From positions 1,845-65,844 of the forward strand of contig CAYSCF010000004.1 in assembly GCA_964429305.1 (NCBI GenBank): 64,000 nucleotides of DNA. Direction: 5' to 3'. Of this stretch, positions 36,274 to 45,931 are shown piece after piece; the stretch's first letter is position 1; every line of letters starts with the position of its first letter. The stretch comes from an uncultured Sandaracinaceae bacterium. GTDB taxonomy: Bacteria; Myxococcota_A; Polyangia; Polyangiales; Sandaracinaceae. The notes beneath the pieces are model-generated. The model was not told the DNA's origin. It searched no databases and worked only from the letters and a program-made list of their open reading frames with translations. Both the position numbers and the translations under genes were made by a program.

Positions 36274-37598
36274 ACAGCGACCGGTAGCGTGATGATCACG
36301 CGCAAGCCCCCGCCGTCGGCGTTCTGCGCGACGACCGTTCCTTCGTGCAATCGCACCGCGCGCTCCGTGATCGCCAGGCCGATGCCCGCGCCGCCCGACG
36401 CACGATCACGCGCCGCTTCCACGCGCGTGAAAGGCCGGAAGATCTCCTGCAGCGCTTCTTCCGGAACGCCCGGGCCGTGGTCGCGCACGCGCAGCTCGAC
36501 CTTGCTCCCGACTCGCACGAGCTCGATCTCGACCTTGGTCGACGGCGGCGCGAAGCGCAGCGCGTTGCGCACGACGTTCTCGGCCGCCTGACGCAAGAGC
36601 TCGGCATCGCCGCGCACCACGATCGGCTCCGTGCGCACGATGCGAACGCCACGCTCGGAGCCTTGCGCCTCGAACGAGGCATCCGACGCGAGCGATCCCA
36701 CGATCTCGTCGAGCCGCACGTCGCCCGGCGATGCGAGCTCGCGCGCCTGCTCGAGCCGCGCCATCGAGAGCACGAGGCCGATGAGCTCGCCGAGACGCTC
36801 GGTCTCCTTCTCCATGCGATCGAGCAGCGGCATCACGTCGGCGCCGTTCTTCTGTCGCGCGATGCCGAGCGCGACCTGCAAGCGCGCGAGCGGCGAGCGC
36901 AGCTCGTGCGAGACGTCGCGCAAGAGCCGCTCGCGCACCTCGAGCAGGCTCTCGATGCGCGCGGTCATGCGATCGAAGTCCTCGGCGAGACCTGCGATCT
37001 CGTCGCCCGCGCCCGCGACCTTGCCGATGCGTACGCTCGTGTCGCCCTCGGCGATCTTGCGCGTCGCGGCGCGCAGCGAGCGGATGGGCCGCGTCAGCAA
37101 ACGCGCCAGCAGGAACGAGACGACCGCGACCACCATGATGAGGATCGCGATGCGAACCTCGCGCAGGAACGAGGGTCGCGCGGTCGACACGGCGCCGACC
37201 ACGACGACGTCGGGCGCGGAGATCGATCGATAGGCGAGCCACGCGTCCTCGTCGTGGTTGCTGCGCGTCACCGTGCCGGGCTCACGCGGATCGAGCGCGA
37301 GCGCGCCGGCGGGAACGTCGCCGATCCCCGAGGCCCGCTCGCCGTCGACCACGATCGCGACGCGCAGATCGGTCTCGTCGACCAGACGCAGGAGCTCTTG
37401 ATCGGCCATGCCGCCGCGCCCGACGGCGCCGAGATGCGCGGCCTCCTCGCCGTGGAGGCGCAGCGCGTCCGAGACGAGCGCGATGCGCTGCTCCTGCCGT
37501 CGCGCCATGCCGACGTCGTAGAACATCGAGACGCCGAGCGTCGCGCCGACCGTCACGACCGCGAACGCGAGGAACATGCGTGCGAAGAGGCTGCGCAC
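36270..37598 (-). CDS. cpxA: CpxA/EnvZ-type sensor histidine kinase (2 TM, HAMP, HisKA, HATPase)
   Basis: GTG 37598, 2 nt after the regulator stop (MRSLFARMFLAFAVV). HAMP RPIRSLRAATRKIAEGD. H-box DVSHELRSPLARL. GGAGIGLAITERAV. Confidence 0.8.
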   Translation of the reverse strand: MRSLFARMFLAFAVVTVGATLGVSMFYDVGMARRQEQRIALVSDALRLHGEEAAHLGAVGRGGMADQELLRLVDETDLRVAIVVDGERASGIGDVPAGALALDPREPGTVTRSNHDEDAWLAYRSISAPDVVVVGAVSTARPSFLREVRIAILIMVVAVVSFLLARLLTRPIRSLRAATRKIAEGDTSVRIGKVAGAGDEIAGLAEDFDRMTARIESLLEVRERLLRDVSHELRSPLARLQVALGIARQKNGADVMPLLDRMEKETERLGELIGLVLSMARLEQARELASPGDVRLDEIVGSLASDASFEAQGSERGVRIVRTEPIVVRGDAELLRQAAENVVRNALRFAPPSTKVEIELVRVGSKVELRVRDHGPGVPEEALQEIFRPFTRVEAARDRASGGAGIGLAITERAVRLHEGTVVAQNADGGGLRVIITLPVAV

Positions 37599-37600
37599 GA

Positions 37601-38284
37601 TCAGGTCGCGTAGATGTAGCCGGTGCCGCGCACCGTCTTGATGCGGTCTGCCGTACCGCTCGGGTCGAGCTTCTTGCGCAGGTTCGACACGTGCACGTCG
37701 ACGCTGCGATCGAACGGCGAGAGGCGGCGACCGAGCACGTTCTCCGCGATCGCATCGCGCGAGACGACGCGGCCCGCCGAGCGCAGGAAGAGCTCGAGCA
37801 GCGCGAACTCGGCGGTCGTGAGCGCGACCTCCTGACCGTTTCGCGACACCCGTCGCGCGCCCACGTCGAGCACGACGTCGCCGACCTCGAGCACCTCGCG
37901 CGGCGGCTTGCTGTCTCCGCTCACGCGTCGGTGGATCGCGCGCAGGCGCGCGGCGAGCTCCCGCGGATTGAACGGCTTGCCGAGATAGTCGTCCGCGCCC
38001 ATCTCGAGCCCGACGATGCGATCGACGTCGTCGCCGCGCGCCGTCAGCATCAGCACCGGCACGCGTGACGACTCGCGCAGCGCGCGCAGCACCTCGAGGC
38101 CGGAGCGCTTCGGCAGCATCACGTCGAGCACGACCATCGTGTGCTCGCCCGAGCGCGCGCGCGTCAGGCCCGTGTCGCCGTCGTGCGCCACCTCGATCTC
38201 GAAGCCCTCCGACGAGAGGTAGTCCGAGATCAGGCTCGCGAGCTCGACGTCGTCGTCGACGATCAAGATGCGCGCGGCAGCCAC
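37601..38284 (-). CDS. cpxR: OmpR-family response regulator, CpxR-like
   Basis: ARILIVDDDVELASL, LTARGDDVDRIVGLEMGADDYLGKPFNPRELAARLRAIHRR, and GRRLSPFDRSVDVHVSNLRKKL (compare remembered CpxR FDRAIDMHISNLRRKL). Confidence 0.8.
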   Translation of the reverse strand: MAAARILIVDDDVELASLISDYLSSEGFEIEVAHDGDTGLTRARSGEHTMVVLDVMLPKRSGLEVLRALRESSRVPVLMLTARGDDVDRIVGLEMGADDYLGKPFNPRELAARLRAIHRRVSGDSKPPREVLEVGDVVLDVGARRVSRNGQEVALTTAEFALLELFLRSAGRVVSRDAIAENVLGRRLSPFDRSVDVHVSNLRKKLDPSGTADRIKTVRGTGYIYAT

Positions 38285-38325
38285 GAACGAGAGCTTTGTC
38301 CCAGAAAGCTTTTCGCGCCCGATTC

Positions 38326-38340
38326 TTTACCAACCCTTAC
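38326..38340 (-). promoter_or_regulatory. Candidate CpxR-type tandem direct repeat (GTAAG-N5-GTAAA on the minus strand)
   Basis: Plus strand reads TTTAC caacc CTTAC. It lies 42-56 nt upstream of the cpxR-like start, in the divergent gap shared with the mdtA-like gene. Confidence 0.45.
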
Positions 38341-38386
38341 GCAAACTGGCTCGCTCCCTACACGCCGCTCGCTAGCCTCGGGGGCG

Positions 38387-39676
38387 ATGCAAGAGCCGAG
38401 CGCGACGCCCCCCGCTACGAGTGCGGTGGCGAACGAGACCACGACGCCCGCGCCCGCGAAGGCGTCGTGGGCCATGCGCATCGGTCTCTTGCTCTTCGTC
38501 GTCGTGCTGATCGGCGGCATCGTCGCGCTGCGCATGCGCAACGCCGCGGGGCCACGCGGTGGTGCGGGCGGTCGCGGCCCCGGCGGAGAGCAAGGCCCGG
38601 CGCCCGTCCGCACGGTGCATCCCGAGCTTCGCGACGTACCGATCCATCTCGAAGGTCTCGGCACCGTCACGCCGCTGCAGACCGCGGTCGTGCGCGCGCG
38701 CGTGTCGGGTCAGCTCGAGAGCGTGTCGTTCGCCGAAGGACAGCCGGTGCACGCGGGCGACGTGATCGCGCAGATCGATCCGCGGCCGTTCCGCGTGGTG
38801 CTCGCGCAGGCGCAGGCGGTGCTGGCGCGCGACGAGGCCTCGCTCGGTCAGGCGCGCGTGGTGCTCGAGCGCGATCGGCAGCTGCACGCGCACGAGCTGC
38901 TCTCGACGCAGGATCTTCAGGCGCAAGAGGCGAGTGTCGCCTCGCTCGATGCGACGGTGCAGGCCGATCGCGCGTCCGCCGATGCCGCGCGGCTCAACCT
39001 GCAGTACACGCGCATCACCGCGCCCATCGATGGCCGCACGGGCCTGCGGCAGGTCGATCCGGGCAACCTGGTCAGCAGCAGCGACGCGAACGGCATCGTC
39101 GTCATCACGTCGGTGAACCCGATCGCGGTCGTGTTCACGCTGCCGCAAGACGATCTGCAGGGCGTCGTCGAGCGCCAGCACGAGGCGCCGCTCGGCGTCC
39201 GGATCCTCGCGCGCGACGGAGTGACCGTGCTCGAAGAAGGGCACCTGAGCGTCATCGACAACCGCGTCGATGCGACGACCGGCACGATCCGCATGAAGGC
39301 CGAGGTCCCGAACGAGCACGAGCGCTTGTGGGGAAGCCAGCTCGTGCAGGTGAGCATGCTGCTCGAGACGCGGCAGGGCGTGATGGTGGTGCCGGACTCG
39401 GCCGTGCAGCAGGGGCCCGACGGTGCGTTCGTGTACGTGATCGTCGATCACCACGCGCAGGTGCGCGCCGTGCACGTCGATCGCATCGTCGACGACGTCG
39501 CGATCATCCACGACGGCCTCGCGCTCACGGACGACATCGTCAGCGAGGGTCAGAGCCGGCTGCGGCCGGACGCCGAGGTGCACCTGGAGTCGGATCCTCC
39601 TCCGCCGAGCGGCGCCCCCGGTGGTGCGCCCGGTGGTGCGGGCGGAGGCGGCGCTGCTCGCCGCGGATCCCCGTGA
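38387..39676 (+). CDS. mdtA: RND efflux membrane-fusion (periplasmic adaptor) protein
   Basis: ATG 38387 (MQEPSATPP...). TM helix IGLLLFVVVLIGGIVAL. GTVTPLQTAVVRARVSGQL, YTRITAPIDGRTGLRQVDPGNLV. Confidence 0.85.
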   Translation: MQEPSATPPATSAVANETTTPAPAKASWAMRIGLLLFVVVLIGGIVALRMRNAAGPRGGAGGRGPGGEQGPAPVRTVHPELRDVPIHLEGLGTVTPLQTAVVRARVSGQLESVSFAEGQPVHAGDVIAQIDPRPFRVVLAQAQAVLARDEASLGQARVVLERDRQLHAHELLSTQDLQAQEASVASLDATVQADRASADAARLNLQYTRITAPIDGRTGLRQVDPGNLVSSSDANGIVVITSVNPIAVVFTLPQDDLQGVVERQHEAPLGVRILARDGVTVLEEGHLSVIDNRVDATTGTIRMKAEVPNEHERLWGSQLVQVSMLLETRQGVMVVPDSAVQQGPDGAFVYVIVDHHAQVRAVHVDRIVDDVAIIHDGLALTDDIVSEGQSRLRPDAEVHLESDPPPPSGAPGGAPGGAGGGGAARRGSP

Positions 39677-39695
39677 AGACGACCACGGGTCGAAC

Positions 39696-42600
39696 ATGAG
39701 CATCTCCGAGCCGTTCATCCGGCGGCCGATCGGAACGTCGCTCCTGATCATCGGGCTCGCGATGGCGAGCTTCGTCGCGTACTCGCAGCTGCCGGTCGCG
39801 CCGCTGCCCGACGTCGACTATCCGACGATCGTCGTGTTCACCGCGCTGCCGGGCGCGAACGCGCAGACGATGGCGGCCTCGGTGACGACGCCGCTCGAAG
39901 GTCAGCTCGGTCAGATCCCGTCGCTCACGCGCATGAGCTCCGTCAGCGGCGACGGCACCTCGCAGATCACGCTGCAGTTCGATCTCGATCGCGAGATCGA
40001 CGCCGCGCAACAGGACGTCCAGGCCGCGATCAACGCGGCCGCAGCGCTCTTGCCCGCGGAGCTGCCCGCGCCGCCGACGTACAGCAAGGCCAACCCGGCC
40101 GATGCGCCGATCCTCTCCATCGCCGTCTCGTCGCGCACGCTGCAGCTGCGTGACGTCGACGATCGCGCCGACTCGGTGATCGCGCAGCGCATCTCGCAGG
40201 TCCCGGGCGTCGGTCTCGTCGCGATCAGCGGCGGTCAGCGACCCGCCGTGCGGGTGCAGGCCGATGCGCGCGCGCTCGCGCAGCTCGGGCTCACGCTCGA
40301 AGATCTGCGCTCGGCGATCGTCGCTTCGAACGTGCATCTGCCGACGGGCAGCCTCGACGGCGCGCGCCTCGACTACTCGCTCACGACCGACGACCAGCTG
40401 ACCGATGCGAGCCAGTTCCGTCCGCTCGTGATCGCGTACGTCAACGGCGCGCCGGTGCGTCTGGACGACGTGGCCGACGTCGTCGACGGCGTCGAGAACG
40501 AGGAGATCGGCGCCTCGGTCGACGGGCGGCCCGCCGTGGTGCTCGACGTCTTGCGTCAGCCGGGCGCGAACATCCTCGAGGTCACCGATCGCGTGAAGGC
40601 GCTGCTCACGACGCTGCGCACGACGGCGCCGAGCGATCTCGAGATCGAGATCGTCAGCGACCGCACCGAGACCATCCGCGCGAGCTTCGACGACGTCCGC
40701 TTCACGCTCGCGCTCACGATCGGTCTGGTCGTGCTCGTCATGTACGTGTTCTTGCGCAGCGCGCGCGCGACGATCATCCCGGGCGTCGCGGTGCCGCTCT
40801 CCCTGGTGCTCACGTTCGGCGTGATGTACCTGTTCGACTACTCGCTCAACAACCTCTCGCTGATGGCGCTCACGATCGCGACGGGCTTCGTCGTCGACGA
40901 CGCCATCGTGATGGTGGAGAACATCTCGCGCCTGATCGAAGAGGGAAAGAAGCCGTTCGATGCGGCGCTCGAAGGCGCCAAGCAGATCGGCTTCACGATC
41001 GTGTCGCTCACGGCCTCGCTCGTGGCCGTGCTGATCCCACTGCTCTTCATGCAAGGGATCGTCGGGCGCTTGTTCCGCGAGTTCGCGGTGACGCTCGCGA
41101 CCTCGATCGTCATCTCCGCGCTCGTGTCGCTGACGCTGACCGCGATGATGAGCGCGTATCTGCTGCGCCCCGAGCCGCACGAGACGCAGCGTACGTGGTT
41201 CGTGCGTATGGCCGAGCGCGGGATGGACGCGGCGACGCGCGGCTACGCTCGATTGCTCGACGTCGCGCTCGATCACCAACGCATCACGCTCGTCATCACC
41301 GTCGCGACGCTCGGTCTCACGGTCTGGCTCGCGATCGACTCGCCCAAGGGCTTCTTCCCGGTGCAGGACACGGGGCTGATCGTCGGCTTCACCGAGGTCG
41401 GCGGCGACTCGTCGTTCGAAGCGCTCACCGAGCGACAGCGTGCGGTCACTGATCGCATCGCGCAGGATCCCGACGTCGCGCACGTCATCTCCGCCGTCGG
41501 TGCCGACAGCTCGAGCCCTGCGGCGCATCGCGGTCGGCTCACCGTGTCGCTGCGACCGCACGAAGAGCGCAGCGCGAGCGCGAGCGAGATCGTCGCGCGT
41601 CTCGGCCGCGAGCTCGGCGAGCTCGAGGGCATCGACGTCGCGCTCTTGCCGGTGCAGGACCTCGCGCTCGACATCGTCACGAGCCCGGCCGCCTACCAGC
41701 ACACGCTGGAGGACACCGATCCGGCCGAGCTGGCCGAGTGGGCGCCGCGCGTGGTCGCCGCGCTCGCCGCACGACCCGAGCTCGAGCACGTGCGCGGCGA
41801 CACGTCCACGACAGGCCTCGCGCGCACGGTCGACGTCGATCGCGACACGGCTTCGCGCCTCGGCGTGAGCATCTCGACCATCGACGAGACGCTCTACGAC
41901 GCGTTCGGACAGCGCCCGGTGTCGACGATCTTCACGCAGCTCACGCAGTACCGCGTGATCCTCGAGCTGCCGCCCCAGGATCGCGAGCAGGTCGGTGCGC
42001 TCGACATCCTCCACGTGCGCACGAACTCGGGCGCCGTCGTGCCGCTCGCCGCGCTCGCGCACTTCCAGACGCTCTCGACGCCGCTCGTCGTGCGGCACCA
42101 AGCGGAGATGCCTGCGACGACCGTCTCGTTCGACACCGCGCCCGGCGTCTCGCTCGGCGATGCGCTCGATGCGATCGCTGCAGCGGAGAGCGACATCGGT
42201 CTTCCGGTCAGCGTGCACGCCGAGCTGCAGGGCACGCTCGCCGAGTTCGAGTCGTCGCTCACGAGCGAGACGCCGCTGATCATCGCGGCGTTGCTCGCGG
42301 TGTTCATCGTGCTCGGGATGCTCTACGAGAGCTTCATCCACCCGATCACGATCCTGTCGACGCTTCCGTCGGCCGGTGTCGGCGCGTTCCTCGCGCTCGA
42401 TCTCGCAGGCATGCCGCTCGACGTCATCGGCGTGATCGGCCTCGTGCTCCTCATCGGGATCGTGAAGAAGAACGCGATCATGATGATCGACTTCGCGCTC
42501 GAAGCGCAGCGCGAGCAAGGGATGAAGGCGCACGACGCGATCCGGCAGGCGTGTCTGTTGCGCTTCCGGCCCATCATGATGACGACGGCCGCCGCGCTCC

Positions 42601-42830
42601 TCGGCGCGCTGCCGCTCGCGTTCGGCACCGGCACCGGCGCCGAGCTTCGTCAGCCGCTCGGCGTGACGGTCGTGGGCGGTCTGCTCTTCTCGCAGCTGCT
42701 CACGCTGCTCACGACGCCCGTCGTCTATCTGGCGATGGAGCGCGTGCGCATGTTTTTCGGCGGTCAGGAGATCGGCCCCGCGCATCCGAACGATCCGTCC
42801 GCGGACGCCGAGCCGGAGGGCGCCGAATGA
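39696..42830 (+). CDS. mdtB: RND multidrug efflux transporter, MdtB-like
   Basis: ATG 39696 (MSISEPFIRRPIGTSLL). Collinear with remembered E. coli MdtB (LPDVDYPTI, GGQRPAVRV, RQPGANI, LMALTIATGFVVDDAIV). Confidence 0.9.
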   Translation: MSISEPFIRRPIGTSLLIIGLAMASFVAYSQLPVAPLPDVDYPTIVVFTALPGANAQTMAASVTTPLEGQLGQIPSLTRMSSVSGDGTSQITLQFDLDREIDAAQQDVQAAINAAAALLPAELPAPPTYSKANPADAPILSIAVSSRTLQLRDVDDRADSVIAQRISQVPGVGLVAISGGQRPAVRVQADARALAQLGLTLEDLRSAIVASNVHLPTGSLDGARLDYSLTTDDQLTDASQFRPLVIAYVNGAPVRLDDVADVVDGVENEEIGASVDGRPAVVLDVLRQPGANILEVTDRVKALLTTLRTTAPSDLEIEIVSDRTETIRASFDDVRFTLALTIGLVVLVMYVFLRSARATIIPGVAVPLSLVLTFGVMYLFDYSLNNLSLMALTIATGFVVDDAIVMVENISRLIEEGKKPFDAALEGAKQIGFTIVSLTASLVAVLIPLLFMQGIVGRLFREFAVTLATSIVISALVSLTLTAMMSAYLLRPEPHETQRTWFVRMAERGMDAATRGYARLLDVALDHQRITLVITVATLGLTVWLAIDSPKGFFPVQDTGLIVGFTEVGGDSSFEALTERQRAVTDRIAQDPDVAHVISAVGADSSSPAAHRGRLTVSLRPHEERSASASEIVARLGRELGELEGIDVALLPVQDLALDIVTSPAAYQHTLEDTDPAELAEWAPRVVAALAARPELEHVRGDTSTTGLARTVDVDRDTASRLGVSISTIDETLYDAFGQRPVSTIFTQLTQYRVILELPPQDREQVGALDILHVRTNSGAVVPLAALAHFQTLSTPLVVRHQAEMPATTVSFDTAPGVSLGDALDAIAAAESDIGLPVSVHAELQGTLAEFESSLTSETPLIIAALLAVFIVLGMLYESFIHPITILSTLPSAGVGAFLALDLAGMPLDVIGVIGLVLLIGIVKKNAIMMIDFALEAQREQGMKAHDAIRQACLLRFRPIMMTTAAALLGALPLAFGTGTGAELRQPLGVTVVGGLLFSQLLTLLTTPVVYLAMERVRMFFGGQEIGPAHPNDPSADAEPEGAE

Positions 42831-45800
42831 GCCTGAGCTCGCCGTTCGTGACGCGGCCGGTCGCGACGACGCTGCTCGCGGTCGGCGTGTCGCTCTCGGG
42901 CTTCGTCGCGTACTTCCAGCTGCCCGTCGCGCCGCTGCCGCGGGTCGAGTACCCGACGATCATGGTCACCGCGCAGCTGCCGGGCGCGAGCCCCGAGACC
43001 ATGGCCGCCGCGATGGCGGCGCCGCTCGAGCGTCGCTTCGGCCGCATCGCGGGCCTGACCGACATGACGAGCTCGAGCTCGCTCGGCTCTACGAACATCA
43101 CGATGCAGTTCGATCTCGATCGCAGCGTCGATGCCGCGGGCCGCGACGTGCAAGCCGCGATCGCGGCTGCCGCGGCCGATCTCCCGTCGGATCTTCCGGC
43201 GCGACCCACGCAGCGACGCATCGATCCCTCCGACACGCCCATCATGATCGCCGCGCTCCGCAGCGAGACGCTCTCGATCCCGCGGATGTACGCGTTCGCG
43301 GACACCGTTCTCTCGCCGCGCATCGCGAGCCTCGAGGGCGTCGGTCAGGTCGTCGTCGGTGGCGGCGCGCAGCCCGCGGTGCGCATCGAGGTGAACCAGG
43401 CGGCGCTGGAAGCGCGCGGCATCGGCCTCGACGAAGTGCGCGCCGCGGTCGCCGGCTCGACACAGCTCCGCCCGGCGGGCCGCATCGTCGGCGACGGACT
43501 GCGCTTCGACGTGCGTCCGTCGTCGCAGCTCTTCGGCGCGAGCTCCTACGCGAATCTCATCATCCGCACGAACGCCGACGGCGCGCCGGTGCGTCTCTCG
43601 GACGTCGCGACGGTCGGCGACGGAGTCGTCAACGATCGCGCGGCCGCGTGGGCCGACGGCGAGCGCGCGGTGCTGCTCATCATCCGGCGCGAGCCCGGCG
43701 CGAACGTGATCGAGACGACCGAGCGCGTGCGCGCGCTCTTGCCCGAGCTGCGCGAGCTGGTGCCGCCGGCCGTATCGATCGAAGAGGTCATCGATCGCTC
43801 GGCGACGATCCGCGCCGCCGTCTCGGAGGTGCAGCGCTCGCTCATCATCTCCGTCGTGCTGGTCGTCTTCGTCGTGTTCCTGTTCCTGCGCAGCCTGCGC
43901 GCCACGATCATCCCGAGCGTCGCGGTCCCCCTCTCGCTCGCTGGCACGTTCGCCGCGATGTACCTGCTCGACTTCAGCCTGAACGTGCTCTCGCTCATGG
44001 CGCTGACGGTCTCGACCGGCTTCGTGGTCGATGACGCGATCGTCGTGACCGAGAACGTCGTGCGCTACATCGAGCGAGGTCACGCGCCGTATCGCGCCGC
44101 GCTCGAGGGCGCGCGTCAGATCGGCTTCACGATCGTCTCGATCACCGCCTCGCTGCTCGCGGTGTTCCTGCCGATCCTCTTGATGGGCGGCATCGTCGGC
44201 CGCTTGTTCCGCGAGATGGCGCTCACGCTCGGCGCCGCCATCACGATCTCGGCGTTCGTCTCGCTCACCGTCACGCCGATGATGTGCTCGCGCATCCTGA
44301 GCGCGCAGATGCACACGCACGAAGGGCGCATCTCGCGCTGGTTCGGCCGTCAGTTCGATCGCATGGCGGCGGCGTACGGGCGCGGGCTCGACTGGGTGCT
44401 CGTGCGTCGCTTCCGCACGCTCGGGATGCTCGTGCTCGCGGTCGCGCTCACGGTTCTGCTCGCGTACACCGTCCCGACCGGCCTGTTCCCGACGCAGGAC
44501 ACCGGCATCATGTTCGGCTCGACGGCCGCGCCCGACGACACGTCGTTCCCCGCGCTCGTCGAGCGCCAGCAGCGCGTCAGCGCGATCCTCCGGCAGGATC
44601 CGGCCGTCCAGCACGTCGTCGCGTTCGTCGGCGGAGGCCCCGGCGGTGGCGCATCGAGCACGGCGACGCTCTTCTCTTCGCTGCGCCCGATGGAGCAGCG
44701 TCGTGTTCCGGCGAGCGTCGTCGCCGCGCGCATCGGGCGCCAGTTCGCGAGCGATCCCGAGGTGCAGGTGTTCTTCTCGCCCGCACAGGATCTCCGCGTC
44801 GGTGGGCGCATGAGTCGCTCGGCCTATCAGTACACGTTGCAAGGAGAGGACGTCGCCGAGCTCCGCACGTGGGCCGCGCGCCTGCTCGCCGAGCTGCGTC
44901 GCGAGCCGCGTCTGCGTCAGGTCTCGACCGATCAGACCGACGGCGGCCTCGCGCTGCACGTCGCGATCGATCGCGACACCGCCTCACGTCTCGGCATCAC
45001 GCCGCGCGACGTCGACAACGCGCTCTCGAGCGCGTTCGGTCAGCGCCAGATCGCGACGACGTTCACCGAGGAGACGCAGGTGCGCGTCGTGCTCGAGGTC
45101 GAAGCAGCCGATCGCGACGCGCCCGACGATCTCGATCAGGTGCGCGTGCGCTCGGCGAGCGGCGCGCTCATCCCGCTGCGCGCGTTCACGACCATCGTGC
45201 GCGAGCGGACGCCGCTCGCCGTGAACCATCAGGGGCAGATCCCGGCGGTCACGCTCACGTTCGATCTCGCGCCCGGCGCCGCACTCGGCGATGCGGTGCA
45301 GATCGTGAACGCGGCGCGCGATCGCATCATGCTGCCGGCGACGATCCACTCGGGGTTCGCCGGCACCGCGCAGACGTACCAGTCGTCCATGTCGACGCAG
45401 CTCTGGCTGATCCTCGCGGCAATCGTCGTCGTGTACCTCGTGCTCGGCATCCTCTACGAGAGCCTGATCCATCCGCTCACGATCCTCTCGACGCTGCCGC
45501 CCGCCGCCGTCGGCGCGCTGGTGGCGCTCTGGGCGTTCGGGCTCGAGCTCAACGTCGTCGCGATGATCGGCATCATCCTGCTCGTCGGCATCGTCGCGAA
45601 GAACGCGATCATGATGATCGACTTCGCGCTCGAGAAGCAGCGCGAGGAAGGCAAGTCGGCGCACGACGCGATCCGCGAGGCCGCGGTGCTGCGCTTCCGG
45701 CCGATCCTGATGACGACGCTCGCGGCGATCGGCGGCGCGCTGCCGCTCGCGCTCGGCCACGGCGTGGGCTCCGAGCTGCGCATGCCACTGGGCGTGACGA

Positions 45801-45931
45801 TCGCGTCGGGCCTGGCCGCATCGCAATTGCTCACGCTCTTCACCACGCCCGTCGTGTTCGTGACGCTCGATCGCTTCGCCAAGACCAAGCGAACGATCCC
45901 GCAGGCTCCGCTGAAAGAGGCGACGATATGA
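42827..45931 (+). CDS. mdtC: RND multidrug efflux transporter, MdtC-like
   Basis: ATG 42827 overlaps the mdtB stop (ATGA). MSLSSPFVTRPVATTLL, PGASPETMAAAMAAPLERRFGRIAGLTDMTSSSSLGST are close to remembered MdtC. Confidence 0.9.
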   Translation: MSLSSPFVTRPVATTLLAVGVSLSGFVAYFQLPVAPLPRVEYPTIMVTAQLPGASPETMAAAMAAPLERRFGRIAGLTDMTSSSSLGSTNITMQFDLDRSVDAAGRDVQAAIAAAAADLPSDLPARPTQRRIDPSDTPIMIAALRSETLSIPRMYAFADTVLSPRIASLEGVGQVVVGGGAQPAVRIEVNQAALEARGIGLDEVRAAVAGSTQLRPAGRIVGDGLRFDVRPSSQLFGASSYANLIIRTNADGAPVRLSDVATVGDGVVNDRAAAWADGERAVLLIIRREPGANVIETTERVRALLPELRELVPPAVSIEEVIDRSATIRAAVSEVQRSLIISVVLVVFVVFLFLRSLRATIIPSVAVPLSLAGTFAAMYLLDFSLNVLSLMALTVSTGFVVDDAIVVTENVVRYIERGHAPYRAALEGARQIGFTIVSITASLLAVFLPILLMGGIVGRLFREMALTLGAAITISAFVSLTVTPMMCSRILSAQMHTHEGRISRWFGRQFDRMAAAYGRGLDWVLVRRFRTLGMLVLAVALTVLLAYTVPTGLFPTQDTGIMFGSTAAPDDTSFPALVERQQRVSAILRQDPAVQHVVAFVGGGPGGGASSTATLFSSLRPMEQRRVPASVVAARIGRQFASDPEVQVFFSPAQDLRVGGRMSRSAYQYTLQGEDVAELRTWAARLLAELRREPRLRQVSTDQTDGGLALHVAIDRDTASRLGITPRDVDNALSSAFGQRQIATTFTEETQVRVVLEVEAADRDAPDDLDQVRVRSASGALIPLRAFTTIVRERTPLAVNHQGQIPAVTLTFDLAPGAALGDAVQIVNAARDRIMLPATIHSGFAGTAQTYQSSMSTQLWLILAAIVVVYLVLGILYESLIHPLTILSTLPPAAVGALVALWAFGLELNVVAMIGIILLVGIVAKNAIMMIDFALEKQREEGKSAHDAIREAAVLRFRPILMTTLAAIGGALPLALGHGVGSELRMPLGVTIASGLAASQLLTLFTTPVVFVTLDRFAKTKRTIPQAPLKEATI

